From positions 434,001 through 498,000 of the forward strand of contig NC_089431.1 in the NCBI RefSeq assembly GCF_026210795.1: a stretch of DNA of 64,000 nucleotides, read 5' to 3'. The stretch is from Rhizophagus irregularis (taxonomy: Eukaryota). Below the pieces are notes generated by a model, which made no database searches, had not been told where the DNA came from, and saw only the letters and a list, made by a program, of their open reading frames with translations. A program made the position numbers and the translations under genes. Of the stretch, positions 12,842 through 25,619 are shown one piece after another (the stretch's first letter is position 1; each line of letters begins with the position of its first letter).

Positions 12842-13383
12842 TTTTACTAGAGACTTGGTGGGTAATATGTGTGAAAAATGTGGAAATAAACTTAGAGACT
12901 TGAAAAATTTTAAATTTTTTACTCAGAGGGATTACAGAATATTTATATATGTTATTTGTCATTGTAATTTATTAACTAACTATTAATAACTTTTCTTTTA
13001 ATCAAACATTTAGAATGTGTTTCAAAATAAAAAAATATATTAATTATACTACCAAATTTGTATTTCAAAAACTGATCTGCATTGTTTTATTCATATGTGT
13101 AAAAAAACGTGCAACAAATGTAATGCCTGAAAATTTTCTGACACTAATATTGTCCAATATAAACAAGTGTTTGGTATATATGCACATGCATAGTATCAAA
13201 GGAGTTACTAGTGAAACGTCCATTACATGCCTAATTTATGATGAATATAATTGTATGAAAATGATAATGATTTGCCTCATCATTCATCAAAATTTAAAAT
13301 TAGGATCATATAAAAAAATGTGTAACATTAGCTTGGATTATACAATTAGATATGTATTAATTTTTATTTTTTTTTAATACATA

Positions 13384-13412
13384 CTAGCAACAGCCCATTG
13401 CTTTGCACTGAG
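13384..13412 (-). mobile_element. Degenerate Helitron 3' terminus (orphan)
   Basis: Minus strand CTCAGTGCAAAGCAATGGG imperfect hairpin, then CTGTTGCTAG|T; no 5' end identified. Confidence 0.4.
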
Positions 13413-13983
13413 ATCAATAAACTTGAACCATATAGTAAATTATGCACACAAATAATATTCTGGGGACAAGCTATATAATGAACAAAATATTAAATTCTTC
13501 AAATTTATTAAATTTATTATAGTTTTAGTGATAAAATTATGATATCACTACTGGCAGAAAAGCTGACAATTTTTGACATATATTATTACTCCTTTTCTAT
13601 CACTCTGCTATGTTTTTATCTTTCTATGATTACTGGATACAAAATTGCGCAATAAACAAATGAATTATTCCTCATAGACAACTCTGATGAGTATTGCATA
13701 AAAGTTTGTCTTAATTTAGTGTAAAACAATGATAGAGAAACGGTAACACAGCATAAAAAATGTATTGTTAACGTTAAGGGCATCATTGTAACATGAGACA
13801 TTCCTATTGTTTGATTTTCATGATCAACATAATCAACATCATTAATGGTTAAACCCAATCTATTTTAAGATGACAATCCGTATAAATTACGGAGGCATGC
13901 TACACGTTACAGTAATACAACTCAAAATTAACTTATACAGGGTAATCTAAATATGTAATAATTTACTAGAGACAATTTATTAC

Positions 13984-14125
13984 CCCTATAAAAAATTTAT
14001 TCCGTGTTTTTTTATTATTTCCGTAAATGTATCATATTCACGGAATTTATAGCCTCAAACATTGAAAATTATCCAAGTCGCTTAAGTTATTTTCCCGTAA
14101 ATGTATCATATTCACGGAGTTTTCC
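13984..14125 (+). mobile_element. Orphan left end of a CCC-type CACTA element
   Basis: CCCTATAAAAAA start plus two subterminal copies of ccgtaaatgtatcatattcacgga; same terminal motif as the 16715-22337 element. Confidence 0.6.
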
Positions 14126-14321
14126 AGAAATTACCAACGTTTTACATAATCAATGTTCTTATGAATAATAGTTAATGATGATATTACTATTAAAAATTAA
14201 AGTAATTATATTTACTTTATTATTACTGTCCAAGAAGAATTTAATAGTACTATTATTTAAAAAAACTTATAAAATATTTATATTATTAATAATTAAAATC
14301 GATGAACTGCAATAAATATAT

Positions 14322-14455
14322 ACTATTCCGATTTGCGTCAGATGACGCCGGCCTACATTATTTGCCCAATATTATAATGCCTTAAGTTGGTTGGCCAGCA
14401 TTACTAGGCCAGCCATCAGATGACGTTACTGTCAGCTGACGCAAATCGCACAACA
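14322..14455. mobile_element. Small foldback MITE (~135 bp)
   Basis: Inverted repeats cgatttgcgtcag...ctgacgcaaatcg plus inner ggccta/taggcc; TA-rich flanks. Confidence 0.55.
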
Positions 14456-14899
14456 TATATAACAACCAGTACGCATGTAACACCCTAATTTTTGTTATTA
14501 TGATTGATATAATAAAAATTGTGACACAGCTTACTTATTGAATATATAGTATATATATATATATTAAAATCGGTTAAATTAATTTTAATTGGTTAAAATT
14601 GATGATTTTTAAATTGTAATTCCGGCCAAAATTTTCTTAATTCTGGCCAAATCCATAATTCCGGCCTAAATTTAATTAAATTTAGAAAAATACATGTCAA
14701 ATGTAACATTATATTTATATAATATAACACTTTAATTTAAAAAGCAAAATAAACTTATTGATCATTTCTACAGATTTATTAAAAAAAAATTCATTACTCA
14801 AACTAAGTTTTCAAGTTGGATCTTCATTTGAAATTAATGTTTTTTTATATTACAAATAAAAGAAAATAAAGTTTCGAAAATCTATACCATTACGTAAAA

Positions 14900-15545
14900 C
14901 ATCAATAGCTTCACGAATATCAAACGAAAATTAACAAAATTCAATACACAATTAGTTTCGACCCCACTGAACAATTCTCACTTAATACACAAAGGCGATT
15001 CTCTTATAACAAAAGTACCTAAATTACGCTCTGAATGTATTAAATGAATAGATAATAAATGAACGTTAATATTTCCATAAGTACTGATTAAAAACTTATG
15101 AAAATTGAAATACATATGGAATCGACCTCATTGAACAATTATCACTTAATACACGAAGGTGATTATCTTATGACCAAAGTGTCTAAATTACGTTCTGAAG
15201 TAACTGATTGTGTGCAAAAAATTGAAATTAATTGTGTTATGAATAACATCAGTAGCTTCATAAATATTGGCTAAAATTTCGTATAAATTGAAATTCAAGT
15301 AGTTTCGACCTCGCTGAACAATTTACACTTAATAAACAAAGGCGATTTGCTTATGAATAAAGTGCCTAAATGCGCTCTAAAATTACTAAACGGAAAAAAT
15401 AACAAATTTAATGTTATAAAAATACAAATAACTTAACAAACTATTAAATGAAATTTAATGAAAATTGAGTTGCAAGTAGTTTTGATATCGCTGAACAATT
15501 TTTACTTAATATATAAAGGTGATATGTTTATGTCAAAATTGCTAA
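14900..15545. repeat. Degenerate tandem repeat, ~165-185-bp unit, 4 copies
   Basis: tcgac...ctgaacaatt..cacttaata.acaaagg(c/t)gat...cttat..caaaagt..ctaaa at about 14955, 15120, 15300 and 15480. Confidence 0.8.
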
Positions 15546-16920
15546 AACTACTACTTTAAAAAAATTTGCGTACTTAAGAAATAATATAAAATTTTGATTT
15601 TTTAAAGTTTATGTAAAATCTGTTTGAATAACCAATATTGGAAGCTTAGAAAAACTTTCTTTTCTCGCAAAATTACATATATTTCTGTTGTTAAAACTAC
15701 ATTTTTCTTCTTACCTTTAAAAGGATCTCAAAAAAAGTGTGTTTTTTAAAATAAACTTCATGTATATGTAAGAAAAAAAAATTATTAGTAAAACGAAAAA
15801 CTAATTTAAGAAACTGATAGAGCACATGATAATCTATTAAATTACTTTATTTGGTATGGTGTTGTATATTATAATTGATGATTAATTGTTAAATGATGTA
15901 ATTCAATTATGGTTACACAAAATTTTATTATTATAAAATTGATCTACATGTTACATGCGCGGTGACTGATAACTTGTAAATCCATCATAATTTATATATC
16001 GCACAATCTCGCTTTCATGGTTCCAAACTCGTGAAGGAAAATGAAAATGAGAAAAAAGAATAGTATCCTTTGGGTTTCATTTTGATAATTTCTTTTATTA
16101 TTTTTATTATGGAAAATCAATGATTGACATCCACGTGAGCACGAACCTTGCTGTATTAACGATTGCGGTAATCGGCATGTACAGTATAAAATTTCCGAAT
16201 ATTTTTAAAATTCAATAGCTCCATCAATTCACATGTACACAGTAAGACTGGCTTGAGAACCTTTCTTTTGCGCTTAATTTGATTGAACACATGTTCCCTG
16301 AGAGATAAGACATCTTTTTATATCGTGAAATCGATGCGGACTTTATTCTGATTCAAAAAAATAGACGATAATGGTCTACAAATTATTAACCAAATATAAC
16401 AAATATAAGCTATTTATTTGCCTCATATTTGGAAAATACATTAGTACGATTAAGACGTTCATTTGAAGAAGATCTACAATTTGTTAATGGTAAATAAATG
16501 AATCTGAACTTTATTTTATCTTATCTTTACAACAAAAAATTGAATAAAAAGGGTGAGAAAAAGAATATGAAAGGAAACGAACCAATGAACTTTATTTCAC
16601 AAAGAATCATCAATGAATTTTTAAATAATGGGTTATAGTCGAAGGATCATTCATCATAAATATTATTTATTATTACCAATGAAAGAACTACTAACGAATA
16701 GTGTATATATATATCCCTATAAAAATTAATTGTCCGTAAAATGTAATAGTAAATAATTGATAAATAATGGTCATATAGTTGTCTAGTAATTTAACTATTT
16801 TATATATGTATTTTAAACGTTAAATATACGGAAAAATGAGCCCATCCGTTTTATGTTTGAAATTTAAATGTAAATTATTTGTTTATTAAATGTACTATTC
16901 TCACTAACCCATTCAATCAG

Positions 16921-19900
16921 TTATTCATCTGTATAATCTACATCCTTATCTATTACATAATAAGTAGTTTTAATCTGAAAAAACCCTACACAATGGTCTA
17001 TAGCAAATGCATCAATGAATTCATGCGCTCCAAATTTTTGAAATGAAATAAGACCTGCACTATCTTCTCTAACATCTGCAGTCTAATGAATATATGCTAA
17101 CATATAAGTTACTTTGTCAAATTCGTAAGCAAGATAATATTCAACCTGTCCATAAAATTTTTTCAATACAAATTCTGGTGTTTTCCGAGGAAATGAAGAC
17201 CATCTATCCACTTCCATAATTACCTATAAATTTATCATAGCAGATAAGATTAATGATAACAATTTCATAACATAAATTAATATAATAATACATGTACCAA
17301 AACTGAGTAATTATTGCGAGCCCAATCTTGATTTTGTCTTGCCCATTTGGATCCAATCTGATGGCCCTTTTTTGTCTGTAGGCGTCCATATTTCATGCCA
17401 AATGAAGAAAAGGACTATGAATTAAAAAAAATAAATTATTTGATTAAAAAAAAGTCCTTTAAACAAATTTTCACATATAAAATTTGAAATTACCATTAAC
17501 TTTCGGCCTCTAACATTGTGAGTCGTGGAAAAATGCTCTTTAATTTTTTTTAATTCTGACTGCCTAAGATTATGCCTTTTTGATGGAGATCGCAATACTT
17601 CTTCAGAATCAGGTTGAGAATATGCAAGATTATTTGAATTGTGCTTGACTTCTTGTAAAGGAAATATTGCTGTATGCATATTTTGATAAAATTGTAAATG
17701 ATTGAACATTTCCCATACGTGTATATTGTTAATTATATTCTTGTAAGGGTGTAACCGTGAACGAGCTAAAGGAAGTAACATTCCACAGACTCTTTCAATC
17801 GGAAATTGCCATGTAGCCCAACATGGACCTGTGTTTTCTATACTATCGGCAATATGTAAAAGGTTGTGAAAGCATAATTTCATTGTACTTAGCCACTCTT
17901 CCAAACTTTGATAATATTCTCTAAAATAAAAAATAAATTAAATATCAAGACTATACTATACAATTTGAAATTAAATTGATAATAAACTACTTACTTTTCA
18001 TAATAATCATAAAAAGGCTGAAATAAAAATCTAATATCATTTATATCTTGAGATGTTAATGATAATTTTTGACATAAACGTACAGCATTAACAAATTTTG
18101 CCCATCCTTTGTAATGTTTCTGTGGCATTCTACCTTTCAAAAGAGGCAATGAATACATGGTAATCCAGGCAGCCCATTCTTTAGCTTTATAACCTTTATG
18201 GTATAATACTATATTGCGTGGTGGTCGTCCAAAACAAGTTGGAAACTCTTTCCGTGCTTGATGCATTTCTTCACCGATAATCTTCCATTCAGATTGGCTA
18301 AGAATATAATCACCAATATTTTGATCACTATTATCATTAAAAAAAGTTCCAGTCCATAATTTAAACATGTAATAGGCAATATTCTCATATATAAGATGCA
18401 TTAGATCAATCGGAAAAGAATTTGGAAAATGAATTGCTTTAAGGTTAAAGAGTATACTACGCCCTTTTATTCCTTATAAATAAATAATTATTAAAATTAC
18501 TAAAACAATAAAATTTAATTAAGAGTTATATATACCAAATTCAGTTTCTAATTCTTTTCTTTCTCTTTTTGAATTTGCTTGGTTTAATTGAAAAATTCGA
18601 TCTTTAAACTGCCTATGAGTTCGCAAAGGTAAATTTTCAGGATCATATCTTTCATATTCATTTTCTTTTTCCATAGGTGGTTTAGTAGGAAAATACACAT
18701 GATTTAAGTAAATACCACGAATATCACAAAACCGGCACCCCTTATATGAATTATGGCCAGTTAATTGCATGAGTTTGGTCAATCCTGGAGTATCACCTGA
18801 CCATGATAAAATATGGGCATGTAATAAAAATGTTTCATTTTTTAATCCGTCATAGCAATCTATCCCATCTAAAAGTAATAAAATATTACTAAATATTATA
18901 AAATCAAAAAATTTAAATCAAAGAAAAATTACCTTCCAGTTCTTTTAATTCTTTAATTATAGGATACATAAATGAATTAAAGTCTTTGGGTTCTTTTGGG
19001 CCTGGAATAATTGCTGCTATTAAGAGATTTTCTTTTTTGACACGTTCTTCAGGACATATATTGGCATTAATTATAAGGACAACCCAGCAATCATCTGTTT
19101 TTTGTTGAAAGATTTGGTAGCCATCAACAGAACCCATTAATGCAACATCTCTATCATCTTCAAAATATCCATTAGATAAAAGTTTTTGGTATCTAGCGCC
19201 ATCAAATATATCTCCAATTATTCCATCTAAACCAAATCCTTGATGACTTGTATAATTTGCACGATATCTCAACTCTTTGGAACGTTTTGGATCTTGATAT
19301 TGAATTCTAAGACGGTCTTTAATGGAAAAAAAGGCCATTTGTTGTCGTGAAACATGTTTTCTAGTCTGAAATCTTGATGTTTGACAATATTCACAAAAAT
19401 CATTGTCTTTATACTTTCCTGTATAAGCGCAACAAGAGTTGATACAAGTATCTACCCATGTAGGTTTTATTGGAACAATTGATTCTAGTGTTTTTTTAAC
19501 TTGAAATAAACTAATATCATTACCATTAACTGCTACCATGGTTTGATGAAATGCATTATCCGTTAAGTTACACTGAGATTTAACTCGAAATAATCTTAAA
19601 GCACAAATTAATTCTTCAGTTAATTGTATCTCTCCTTCAAAATCTAAATTAAATAAATGAATTAGATTTGAGTAAATATTTCAAATTATTTAATCCTTAT
19701 ATATTTTTTGTACCTGAATTATCTGCAGAAGATTCACTTAATTCAGAAAGTTCATCGGTTACATTTGGAGATAATTCTTGCTCTATATCAGACTCATCAA
19801 TATTAAAAAAACAATCATCTCGTCCAGAAGATAAATTTTCCATATTATCCAATAAACTTGATGATTCATTTAATCCATTTTCTTCCGGCCTTTAAAATTG

Positions 19901-20248
19901 TATTTTATTAAAAATTAAAAATTGAAGTACTAAAATTTATTAAAAAATATACCTATCGATACTTGTAGATATAATATTAGCTTCAGAAGCGTTAGAATGC
20001 AAAAAATCAATATTTTCATCTTGATCCATAAGAATAGAAGATTCACTTTCAGAACTAGAACGTATATCTGAAATACTTAAACTTGAGGTTGTTGAACTTA
20101 AAGTTGAGTTTATTTCTGCTGTTTTTTTTTCTTGTTTGCGATGTCTAGTTCTTGTAGATTTTGAAATTAAACATCCAACTCCTTCAGTGTCATTTTGACG
20201 ACATTTTAAACATGTACAAAGAACTTTTTTAGATGTTTGATTTAACAT
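16921..20248 (-). pseudogene. En-Spm/Tnp2 (Transposase_21/DUF4218-type) transposase, about 8 exons, with one premature stop near the C-terminus
   Basis: Motifs DTCINSCCAY, DIFDG, SVDGYQ, IPGPKEPKD, GDTPG...CRFC, DLMHLIYEN, GYKAKEW, HNLLH...GPCW...QFPIER. In-frame TAG (probably W to stop) at 17083-17085, about 54 codons before the natural stop at 16921. Confidence 0.85.
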
Positions 20249-20502
20249 GTTTAATATAAATTCAATCCAATTGAAAAAACAAACAATTTGTTAAATAGCT
20301 TAATTGTCTTACATATTTATACTTAAATGTATATAATTGACTTAAATGATAAATATTACAATATTATGATGTAATACACTTATCTATATATATACCTGAT
20401 TAACTTTACATTAACTTTTTAAAGATATAAATACGTAAAGTTTAAGTAATCTTTTCAAACTAATTAAAAAACTACTAATTAATTATCTTCTTAATTATAA
20501 AT

Positions 20503-22066
20503 ATGTCCAAAAATATCATTCAAAAATATCCAAAAAAAAAATTTACTAAAGAGAGTTCAAAAGAGTTTGATAATAAAAGTGACTACAATTCTAACCTTGA
20601 AAGTTCAGATAATAATAATGATAATCAAAAAGAAGATATGTTATCAAAAATTTTAACTCGTATTACTGCCTTAGAAAATGAAAATAAGACATTGAAAGCT
20701 GAATTAAAAAATAAATCATCAGTTTCAAGTTCAAGAAATAAAGAAACTTCAAATATTATAAAGTCCGGTTCCAATAAATTTATTCAAAAAATGGATAGGG
20801 TGGTGCCTAAATTGACGTCCAAAAAGCATGCAGAATCCAGCTTAGAACAATCAAGCTCTGAACAAGAATCAGATAGTGATACAGAAGCAGAAGTATATGA
20901 AAAAGATATTTTACATAAAGATTGTAAGACTAAAGAAGACGTTTCACACGAAGATTGTATGACTAAAGATGCTTCACATGAAGGTTGTAAAATTAAAGAT
21001 GATCTACCAATTCCAAAACCTGTCAACTTTACAAATTTGCATTCAAAATTGAACTTAGAAAAGAATGTATATCAAAGTTATAAGGTGAATTTAATAAAGT
21101 ATAATATTAATTATCAAATATTAATTAATTGTTTTTTAATGTGTTTTTTTCTAATTTAGACTGCTTTCTATAACCTTGTTGATCGGCATACTTCTGCTGA
21201 AGTACAATATAAAAACCTTGATAAAAAAACTAAAGCTGGTATTATTCGCAAGTTTAAGAAAGATAATCCTCATTTTCCAAATTGCATTGGTGATTGGGCC
21301 TTAATATATCTTATGCGTCGTAAAATAAATTTTAATCGTATGTATTATATTACATAATTAATATTTTTACATTTGTAATAAATATAATTTACTAAATAAT
21401 GAATTGTTTTTTCATAGGTGATAATATCCGCCGTCAGAATACGAACAAAAGGCGAGCTGTGAAAAATAAACCAGTTAATAAAAGACGTGCAAAAAATAAT
21501 GTTATATACGCAAAAACACTTGGCAATAATACTGAAGAGCCTAAAATACAAGATACCTATCAGCAGTCTGAACAGTCTGAAGAAGATTTTAATAGTAATG
21601 ACGAAGCAAGAAATTCAGAATGTGAAGATCATGAAAAGCAAAATGATGATGAGTTAGTACTACGTGATTCAACTAAATTTAATAAATTGGATGACTCTTC
21701 TGTGTATGTATAAAATAAATTTATTTGATTAATAATTAACTGGAATAATGAAGATATTTTCTTTAAATATTAGGAATGTCAAATCAAATCCACGACGAAA
21801 CAATAGAAATAAAGAATCTATTGAAAAACAGCAAATTGAAAAACAGAATAAATTGCCAAATAAATCTTCAAATTCGTATGTATCTTTTAAATGTGTAATA
21901 AATAATTGATTTTATTAATATTTATTCTGTTAACATTAGAAAATCAACACCGCAGCCAACACTTCGTAGATCTTCTCGTAAAAGGACAAATGTTGAAAAA
22001 CGTCCAATTGATGAAGGTAATAATTCAAGCAAACCTGCCAAAAAATGACAATATAAAAGGAAATAA
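20503..22066 (+). CDS. Accessory (TnpA-position) gene of the CACTA element; 5 exons; coiled coil and acidic/basic low-complexity regions
   Basis: Exons about 20503-21084, 21160-21337, 21418-21700, 21774-21875, 21940-22066 with GT-AG junctions (the later boundaries are approximate). Globular segment TAFYNLVDRH...FPNCIGDWAL. TGA at 22046 may be a CGA>TGA change 6 codons before TAA 22064. Confidence 0.7.
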
Positions 22067-22962
22067 AAGTCATAACTTTTACAATAGGAATTTACTATAC
22101 ATAAATTGACCTTATTATGTAACAATTGCATTTCGCATTATGTTTAAACATGTTATTTGAACGTTATTTGTACATTAAATTAGTGCTTGTTTATATTTAC
22201 AATACAACTTACGAATATTCAATATTGCATTAAATAAAATTATGTTTAAATAATAAACAAATAATGATATTTCGAATAATATATGGTTAAATAACATTTT
22301 TTTACATATATTTTACGGAAATTGTGTTTTCATAGGGTATATTGATAATAAATAAAAATTGACCATCATGAACGAACCTCACAAGTGATCAAAATGAACA
22401 GGAAAATGAACCTTATTTATTTTAACCTAATTACATGCAGAAATTGGTTGGTCACTCACCCATAATAAATTTTAATGATAAAGTTTTAAGTTATCAAAAG
22501 AGAATTTAAAATTTTATAATTAAATAATTACATATTTGCGTTTATTAATGAAAGGAACAACCGCTCAGTCATTTATTCGAAAAAAAGTTGATTTGCGTGG
22601 ATAAATTAAATGAATATTACGCTCGTAAATTTATAAATTAAAAGATGTTTTTTTTATGAGCGTACATCAGGAAATTTTTTGTGTAGAAAATATGCAAAAT
22701 TTCGTGCATGAAAAATCTGTTTTGCACACCCTGAAAATGCACATTATTTGCATATTTAATATATATAATATGTATATTGAATAATTTTCTATGTGATATA
22801 TTGTAAAAAATTTGCACAAAAAAATTACATATCTGATATACAGTATAATATTGTTAACTGCATAAATTTTGAGAAATATAAGTATTTGTGCAATATTGAA
22901 TACCCTAAAAATTAGTGATGTAAGCCTTGATTATCAATGTGACGTCATCATTACTTCAATAT

Positions 22963-23409
22963 GCACGTCTGAAATGTGTGCAGGTTGACGGCGCAGTGTG
23001 GCGCAGTAATTTCAAAAAGATTTAAGTTAAAGATTTTCTTTTTAATGTAAAGCTTTCAAATTTACACATTAGATGTATTTTCATCTGTTTTACAAAATTC
23101 ACTTATAAATGGAAGGAGGTTTTGGAAGTAGATTTTGACTTTAGTATATAACAACCGATTTTATCGTCTTTGCCGATCATTTCCAAAATTGGATTTGTCG
23201 AAAGAACAGTTTTTGTTACTAAATAACTCGAAAATGGCCTTCTAAACCACCCGTATATGCTCTAAGTAAATTTGCAGAGCGGACAAAAATACACCTAATG
23301 CAGGAATTTAAAGGTTTTATTTTAAATAAAAAAAATTGCAATTTAATTTTTTTGGAAAAAATCGCAGCGCCACACTGCGCCATTAACCTGGCACACATTT
23401 CAGACATGC
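22963..23409. mobile_element. MITE with ~50-bp TIRs and 9-bp TSD (Mutator- or Merlin-like)
   Basis: TIR GCA(C/T)GTCTGAAATGTGTGC.AGGTT.A.GGCGCAGTGTGGCGC; TSD CTTCAATAT at 22954-22962 and 23410-23418. Confidence 0.9.
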
Positions 23410-25619
23410 CTTCAATATTAATAATTTTTAAATTTATATTATTTTAATCTCTCTTTTATGCTTTAGAGAACCATAATTTTGTAATTTTAAAATAAAAATT
23501 TTCTACCAATAGATACTATAGTCTTGCTCCATGCATATGAATTTTTTGGTAATTACCAAGTTAGGTCTATGGCTTATTATTTCTTAGTTGACACAAATGT
23601 TCACATATTACAGCAAATTTGTTGCTTTAAAGTATATCAAATTTACAGTATTAACCATAGAGAAGTAAATCGTCAATACAGTACGTAGCCTTCTTTGGAG
23701 GAATGAAAAATTAAATGCTTGAGAAATTAAAATTTTGCGTGTTAGGTTATTTACAAATAGAACTATTATTATTGATAAATAAATAAATCAAGCGGTCATA
23801 ATCAAATTATATTATATATCATTATTTATGCTTTAGAAAATCGAATTAAATGAACCAAAGAAACCATATAATTAAATTTGTTTTGTAGATTTTACATTCG
23901 GTAATTTAAAATAATAACAAAAATTTTTTTTTTTTAGCTAAAGTTGATTCAACACGGATAAAATATTATCAAAAATGTTGGTATGTACATATCTGGTGAA
24001 CTGATTAATTATGAACATTCGAAAATCATAAGTAATAACTAATATATACTGTATATTATAAAACCAATCATGAAACACACACGTTTCAAATGATTACGAA
24101 ACGTCTAAATGAGAATTGGGTCAAGCGAGGTTTTATAATAATAATACTGTAATAATAAAAGAACTAATTTTAGAATTTTTTTAAAAATAAATTTTATAAT
24201 AAACCCATATTCATTTTAAAATCAATATCGAAGAATAATAGATAGTTCTCGAGTTTGAATCCAATTTAGAGTATATAACGTCATAATATAACACGAAAGA
24301 TTCAAAAAATGTTTGATTTGATATCTTTTTTTGGATTTATTCACTTAAAATACAATCACATATATTAAATATTTCTATTTCTCGATTTTTTTTGTTTTTC
24401 ATAATTATCGTAATAGATATTTATAACGGAAAATGAAACACGTTTCAAGTATCGTATTATTCACTTTTTAGTTATTACATAAATAGGGTTAAACGTTTGA
24501 GTACATATTATCAAGAACTATTAATTGTACAAATACGCAAATAAGTGTCCATTGTGGTCGCATTTAACAATAATTGATATCCGTGTATATATATATAAAA
24601 TTATAGGGGGTTAGAATATAAATAGATTTAGGTGTTACCAAAATCACATGACAATTTCACGGGTCCCGATCCGGATTATGAATCCTCTGACAAAATCAGA
24701 TTTAAAACGTAAGGGGAATTTTGTGAGATTATTTTGTAAACGATCGACTGAATTAGTACTGTAAGGCTGAGTCCGTGATGAATCACGTTTGCCATCCAAC
24801 CTTGAACATTTTTAATCTGTATTAATAACAACAAAAAACAAAATAACCCATTAATAACCCGAGTTCATGCTTCGAACTTCGATAGTTTCCCCTAAGTAAA
24901 TATTATTTCGCATTGCAGCTTCAATGCAGTCATTAATAAAATGCTATCGGAACAATAAAATCATTATTAAATATTCCTAATTTTCCCACTTACTAATATT
25001 TATCGATTATTTCCCAATATGCTATTAAAATACTACGCCTCTTTTTAATTCCAAAATTCACTCATTTTATATCTTTTAAGTTCCCATGTAGTCCTTTATT
25101 CTTTTTAGATATTCCGGGATAACACTTTGCTAACAACTTAAAATTTTTTAAATGTATTGTAAATTAATATTACAGTACATTATTGTTGAGATACTCGTTA
25201 TTGGTCTTGTAGGGACATCGTACAATAGTTATATAACATCAATTGTAATATTAATTTATTCATGTATATTTTATATAAATTATAGCAAATTATTGTAAAA
25301 TATATTGTAAAATTTAATTATAAATAAATTGTAAATTTAATTTGTAAAAATACATTCGTGCCGTCACTTTGCATTCCCATAAGCGTTTATTTCTCTACCA
25401 TTTTATTAAAGAAAAACAAGAGAAATTAATTAACCGATTTCTAACCAAAATCCCACGCGTCCAGTGTCCAGCCATCGTCCAGGTCATACTTGAAATATCA
25501 AAAGATAGATTGTTGAATTCAGTCTTGATCTTAAACAATAGTACAAGTGTACCGTATAGAGGGTACTCGTCTTTAGTCCAATCAACAGCCGAGGTTGACT
25601 TGGATTAAATTAACTCTAA

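Larger units (their letters stand above)
16715..22337. mobile_element. Full-length CACTA/En-Spm (CMC) DNA transposon with CCC...GGG termini and 3-bp TSD
   Basis: Left CCCTATAAAAATTAATTGTCCGTAAAAT; right (revcomp) CCCTATGAAAACACAATTTCCGTAAAAT; TSD TAT at 16712-16714 and 22338-22340; contains a transposase and a divergent second gene. Confidence 0.9.
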
